64,000 nt of DNA from Desulfatiglandales bacterium (GTDB lineage Bacteria > Desulfobacterota > DSM-4660 > Desulfatiglandales > Desulfatiglandaceae): positions 448,001 to 512,000 of the forward strand of contig OY762721.1 in the NCBI GenBank assembly GCA_963666345.1. The letters run 5' to 3'. A program made the translations under genes and the position numbers. Position 1 is the first letter of the stretch. Each line of letters begins with the position of its first letter. Below, piece after piece: positions 60,356 through 64,000 of the stretch. The notes beneath the pieces were generated by a model that ran no database searches, was not told where the DNA came from, and saw only the letters and a list, made by a program, of their open reading frames with translations.

Positions 60356-62446
60356 ATGAAAGACATTGAAAAAAAAGACGTGTTCACTATCAGGGTCTCC
60401 CTTGTAACAAAAATGGTAATCAACGTGACCATGCTTATTTGTCTTGCCATTGCCGTCACTACCTATCTCAGCGTCAAGGGAAAATCCAGAGTTATAACCG
60501 ATGGCCTGATAAGGATAGCAAAACAGCAGACCAGACATATAGCCTACGGCACCAAAAGCGCCTTCTGGTCCTTGAACTGGATCTTTATTGAAAATCTGCT
60601 CCGGGAAACCAGAGAAAATAGCCCCTGTGAAGTGGTCTTCGCAAAGGTGGTCAAACCCAACGGAGAGGTCTATCTGGCGGATGACAGGGCCCACTACGGG
60701 CAAACAGTGGAAACCTCTTTGCTTTTCAAGAAAGAAACCATGGTTGAAAACTACTTTATGGCCGAGAAACAAGAAAAAGGCATCTTAATGGTCCACCCGA
60801 TAAAGATCGGGGACCAGACATGGTATGTCTTTATGGGGCTGTCACTCCGGTCTGTCAAAACAGCCGTCAAGGCAGTGCTCATACGCAATATCGCATGGGG
60901 TGGTCTCATACTAATGATTGCGGCCTTTTTCTCCTTTCTGCTGTCAAAGTCGATCTCAAGCCCCCTGATACGTCTTGCACATTCTGCAACCGTCGTCGCG
61001 GCAGGTGATCTCGAACATAACGTGTCGGTCAAATCAAAGGACGAAGTGGGACTTCTTTCCCATGCCTTTAACCGGATGCTGAAAAACCTGAAGGACGCAT
61101 ACGAAGAACTGGCGGCATCGGAAAAGAGATACAGGGCACTGGTTGCCACGGCTTCAAAGGCCAAGGTGGGAATAGCCGTTATTCAGAATGATGGCGGGCG
61201 AAAAGGGGTTTTTAAATATGCGAATCGACATGTGGCTGATCTGACCGGATACAGCAGCAGAGAGCTTACCGGCATGACCGTGAAGGACATTATTCATCCC
61301 GAAAGTCTTGACAGTGCCCTTGAATGGTACGAGATGAAGACGTCTCATAATAATCAGCAGGAGACGTATCAATTCCGGATTGCCAACAAGCAGGGAGAAG
61401 AGATCCCCATTGAGATAAATTCAGGCACAACCGACTTTGACGGCAGAAAGGCACTGGTCTGTTATGTAAAAGATATCACCACGAAACTGGAAGCGGAAAA
61501 AAGGCTTAAGGGATACAGTGAAAACCTGGAAAAAATGGTTAAGGACAGAACAGAGGAGCTGCGACAGGTCATCGCCAATCTCAAAAGCACCCAGTCTCAT
61601 CTCGTACAGTCGGAAAAGCTGGCCTCCGTCGGCCAGCTTGCCGCAGGAATCGCCCATGAAATCAACACACCCATCCAGTATATAGGTGATAACACGCGTT
61701 TTCTCCAGGATGCCTTCGATGATTTAAGCACCCTTTTTGATAAATATGAACAACTGCCGAAGGCCTTGACGGCGGGAATAAGTGCAGAGAAGATCATGGA
61801 AGAGGTTAAATCAGCGATCAAGGAAATGGACATAAATTATCTCAGAACGGAGGTCCCTCTTGCCATAAAACAGACAATGGAGGGGGTTGAGCGTGTCTCT
61901 GTAATCGTTCGCTCCATGAAGGAGTTTGCCCATCCGGGCGTAAGTAAAAAAACCGCCATGGATATCAATCGGGCCATTGATAACACCGTTACAGTGTCAC
62001 GAAACGAGTGGAAGTATGTGGCTGAAATTGAGACGGACCTTGATGCCTCTCTGTCAATGATCCCCTGCCTTCCCGGTGAGTTGAACCAGGTGTTCCTGAA
62101 CATTATTATAAATGCGGCTCAGGCAATCGGTGATGCAGCAGGCAATGGTTCCGGCGCTAAAGGTGCCATTCGAATCAGCACGCGTAAAAACGGAGATTAT
62201 GCGGAAATCCGTATTGGTGATACGGGGATGGGAATTCCCGCAGAAATCCAGAACAGGATTTTCGATCCCTTTTTCACCACCAAGGACGTAGGCAAGGGGA
62301 CGGGACAGGGCCTTGCCATCTCCAGATCGGTTATTGTCGAAAAGCATGGCGGGGATCTCAGCTTTGAAACGGAGGCCGGGAAAGGCACCACCTTTATCAT
62401 TCGTCTCCCTTTGGAGGAGCCTGCAGAAGAAAGGAAAGGAGCGTGA
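60356..62446 (+). CDS. Membrane sensor histidine kinase (HAMP-PAS-HisKA-HATPase)
   Basis: 2 TM, DEVG.L...FN.M, EKLASVGQLAAGIAHEINTP, DTGMGI, FFTTK, GTGQGL. Confidence 0.95.
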   Translation: MKDIEKKDVFTIRVSLVTKMVINVTMLICLAIAVTTYLSVKGKSRVITDGLIRIAKQQTRHIAYGTKSAFWSLNWIFIENLLRETRENSPCEVVFAKVVKPNGEVYLADDRAHYGQTVETSLLFKKETMVENYFMAEKQEKGILMVHPIKIGDQTWYVFMGLSLRSVKTAVKAVLIRNIAWGGLILMIAAFFSFLLSKSISSPLIRLAHSATVVAAGDLEHNVSVKSKDEVGLLSHAFNRMLKNLKDAYEELAASEKRYRALVATASKAKVGIAVIQNDGGRKGVFKYANRHVADLTGYSSRELTGMTVKDIIHPESLDSALEWYEMKTSHNNQQETYQFRIANKQGEEIPIEINSGTTDFDGRKALVCYVKDITTKLEAEKRLKGYSENLEKMVKDRTEELRQVIANLKSTQSHLVQSEKLASVGQLAAGIAHEINTPIQYIGDNTRFLQDAFDDLSTLFDKYEQLPKALTAGISAEKIMEEVKSAIKEMDINYLRTEVPLAIKQTMEGVERVSVIVRSMKEFAHPGVSKKTAMDINRAIDNTVTVSRNEWKYVAEIETDLDASLSMIPCLPGELNQVFLNIIINAAQAIGDAAGNGSGAKGAIRISTRKNGDYAEIRIGDTGMGIPAEIQNRIFDPFFTTKDVGKGTGQGLAISRSVIVEKHGGDLSFETEAGKGTTFIIRLPLEEPAEERKGA

Positions 62447-63663
62447 AAAGGCGGATCCTTTTTGTGGATGATGAGCCCAATATCCTTATGGGCCTGCGCA
62501 GGATGCTTCGAATCATGCGGCATGAATGGGAAATGAGATTTGCAGAAAGCGGATCCGACGCACTGGCAATGCTGGACAGGGAGCCCTTTGACGTGGTCGT
62601 TTCAGATATACGCATGCCGGATATGGACGGTTCACAACTATTGCAAAAGGTGAAGCGATCCTATCCTATGATCGTCCGCATTGTCATGTCGGGCCACTCG
62701 GAGCATGAGATGATACTGAAATCGGTCCGCCTTGCCCACCAGTATCTTTCCAAACCGTGTGATTCCGAAACATTGATATCCACAGTCAGCCGTTCCTGTT
62801 CACTGCGCGACCTTCTGGGTCAGGAGTCGCTTAAACGGGTTGCCTCCCGAACCGAAACTCTTCCGAGCCTACCCTCTCTCTATACAAAGGTAATGGAGGA
62901 GCTGCAATCCCCGGATGGATCTATCAGCAGGGTCGGCAGGATCATAGAAAAAGATATGGGCATGACCGCTAAGATGCTCCAGATGGTCAATTCCTCCTTT
63001 TTCGGTCTGCCCCGTCATATTTCAGATCCCTCACAGGCTGTAATCCTTTTGGGTCTTGATACGGTCAGGGCACTTGTTCTTACCATCGGTCTGTTTTCAA
63101 AATTTGATACGGCCGCATTGTCCACGCTGCACGTTGAAGACATCTACCGGCACAGTATTAAAACAGGCGCGATTGCCAAATTGATTGCAAAAAGTGAGGA
63201 CCCGGATAAAGAACTGGTTGACAACGCCTTTATGACGGGGCTGCTCCACGACCTGGGCAAACTGGTGCTTGCCGCAAACTTTCCTGATACCTGCCGGGAA
63301 ATCCTGGAATTGTCACGTCATGGGGAAATTTCGTTTCATGAGGCGGAAGCAGAAAAACTGGGGGCCACCCACGCTGAAGTGGGCGCCTATCTCCTCGGCC
63401 TGTGGGGGCTGCCGGAAGACATCGTTGAGGGGGTGGCCTTTCACCACAATCCCGGGGGCTGCGCGGCCAAGGTGTTTAGTCCCCTGACCGCGGTTTATGC
63501 GGCCAATATTCTTGAACATCATGCCCGCTCAAACAGACGCATGGAAGATCTCGAAAAGCAGTTTGATGGGGAGTATTTAATGCGGTTCCACCTTGATGGA
63601 AGGATACCGGCATGGGAAAAGGTTTCCGAGCAGATTGAATGCGAAGAGGATTACAATAAATAA
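62443..63663 (+). CDS. Response regulator with HDOD domain
   Basis: ILFVDDE, SDIRMP; LPSLP, VNSSFFG, GLLHDLGKL, HAEVGAYLL.LWGLP. Confidence 0.93.
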   Translation: MKRRILFVDDEPNILMGLRRMLRIMRHEWEMRFAESGSDALAMLDREPFDVVVSDIRMPDMDGSQLLQKVKRSYPMIVRIVMSGHSEHEMILKSVRLAHQYLSKPCDSETLISTVSRSCSLRDLLGQESLKRVASRTETLPSLPSLYTKVMEELQSPDGSISRVGRIIEKDMGMTAKMLQMVNSSFFGLPRHISDPSQAVILLGLDTVRALVLTIGLFSKFDTAALSTLHVEDIYRHSIKTGAIAKLIAKSEDPDKELVDNAFMTGLLHDLGKLVLAANFPDTCREILELSRHGEISFHEAEAEKLGATHAEVGAYLLGLWGLPEDIVEGVAFHHNPGGCAAKVFSPLTAVYAANILEHHARSNRRMEDLEKQFDGEYLMRFHLDGRIPAWEKVSEQIECEEDYNK

Positions 63664-63777
63664 TAAGACAGCAGCGGTTGTTGATATCCTCCAAAAAATT
63701 GAGGGCCAGATGCCCTGTTTTTATGATTGCCCGCGCATAGGATTCAACCCGACTTTAATGGGGAAAGGAGCCAGATA

Positions 63778-64000
63778 ATGCCACGCAGGATCCTTTTTGT
63801 TGATGACGAACTCAACGTCCTTAACGGACTTGCCCGCACGCTGCGCCATAAGCGCAAGATATGGGAGATGCATTTTGCCCGGGGGGTGGAAGAGGCATTA
63901 CGCTTTGTTGAGACGATGGATCTTGATGTGGTGATCTCGGACATCTCGATGCCCGGAAGGGACGGATTTGCCCTGCTTTCCATCATAAGGAACAGGGAAA
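63778..64000 (+). CDS. Response regulator receiver protein (partial, runs off window end)
   Basis: Read manually: GGAG SD, MPRRILFVDDE...DVVISDISMPGRDG. Confidence 0.88.
   Translation, partial: MPRRILFVDDELNVLNGLARTLRHKRKIWEMHFARGVEEALRFVETMDLDVVISDISMPGRDGFALLSIIRNRE

Noticed and set aside
713..63986. Many 60-230 aa ORFs antisense to or nested in called genes (e.g. 713-1363, 26644-27339, 52132-52806)
   Set aside because: Shadow ORFs of well-supported genes with no recognisable motifs
1..64000. CRISPR arrays, prophage, transposases, defence systems
   Set aside because: No regularly spaced repeats or hallmark genes seen; the helicase and the ADP-ribosylglycohydrolase lack defence-type neighbours

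Overview
A 64-kb, mostly housekeeping chromosomal segment. Gene content and style (sigma54 activators, LpxI, HDOD response regulator, octaheme cytochrome) suggest a Desulfobacterota/deltaproteobacterial anaerobe; this is inference. Core blocks: fabG-plsX-rpmF-yceD; gltX; Ski2/HelY-like helicase; acyl-CoA dehydrogenase; mlaEFDCA; two hsp20 genes; thrC-rlmH; hbd; rpsA-like/menG/dinB; ltaE; thyA-rlmN-hisI-hisG-aminotransferase-engB; a long envelope cluster (lysS-lolC/E-lolD-bamA-skp-lpxD-fabZ-lpxA-lpxI-gnnA-like-lpxB-ntrX-like); acetoacetate-CoA ligase; an octaheme HAO-family cytochrome; and a Tat-MBL/two-component cluster. I saw no tRNA, rRNA, CRISPR array, prophage or transposase. Most notable: (1) a candidate ~310-nt sigma54-dependent, structured, GGA-rich sRNA at ~32759-33070, whose 17-bp upstream box is nearly identical to one upstream of the sigma54 promoter of hbd; (2) a sigma54-driven TRAP transporter operon ending in a DsrH/DsrE/DsrF-like trio whose DsrE appears to lack the usual sulfur-carrying Cys; (3) a palindromic operator candidate over the hsp20 promoter; (4) MITE-like and short intergenic repeats. 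All calls come from motif reading by eye; no database searches were run.
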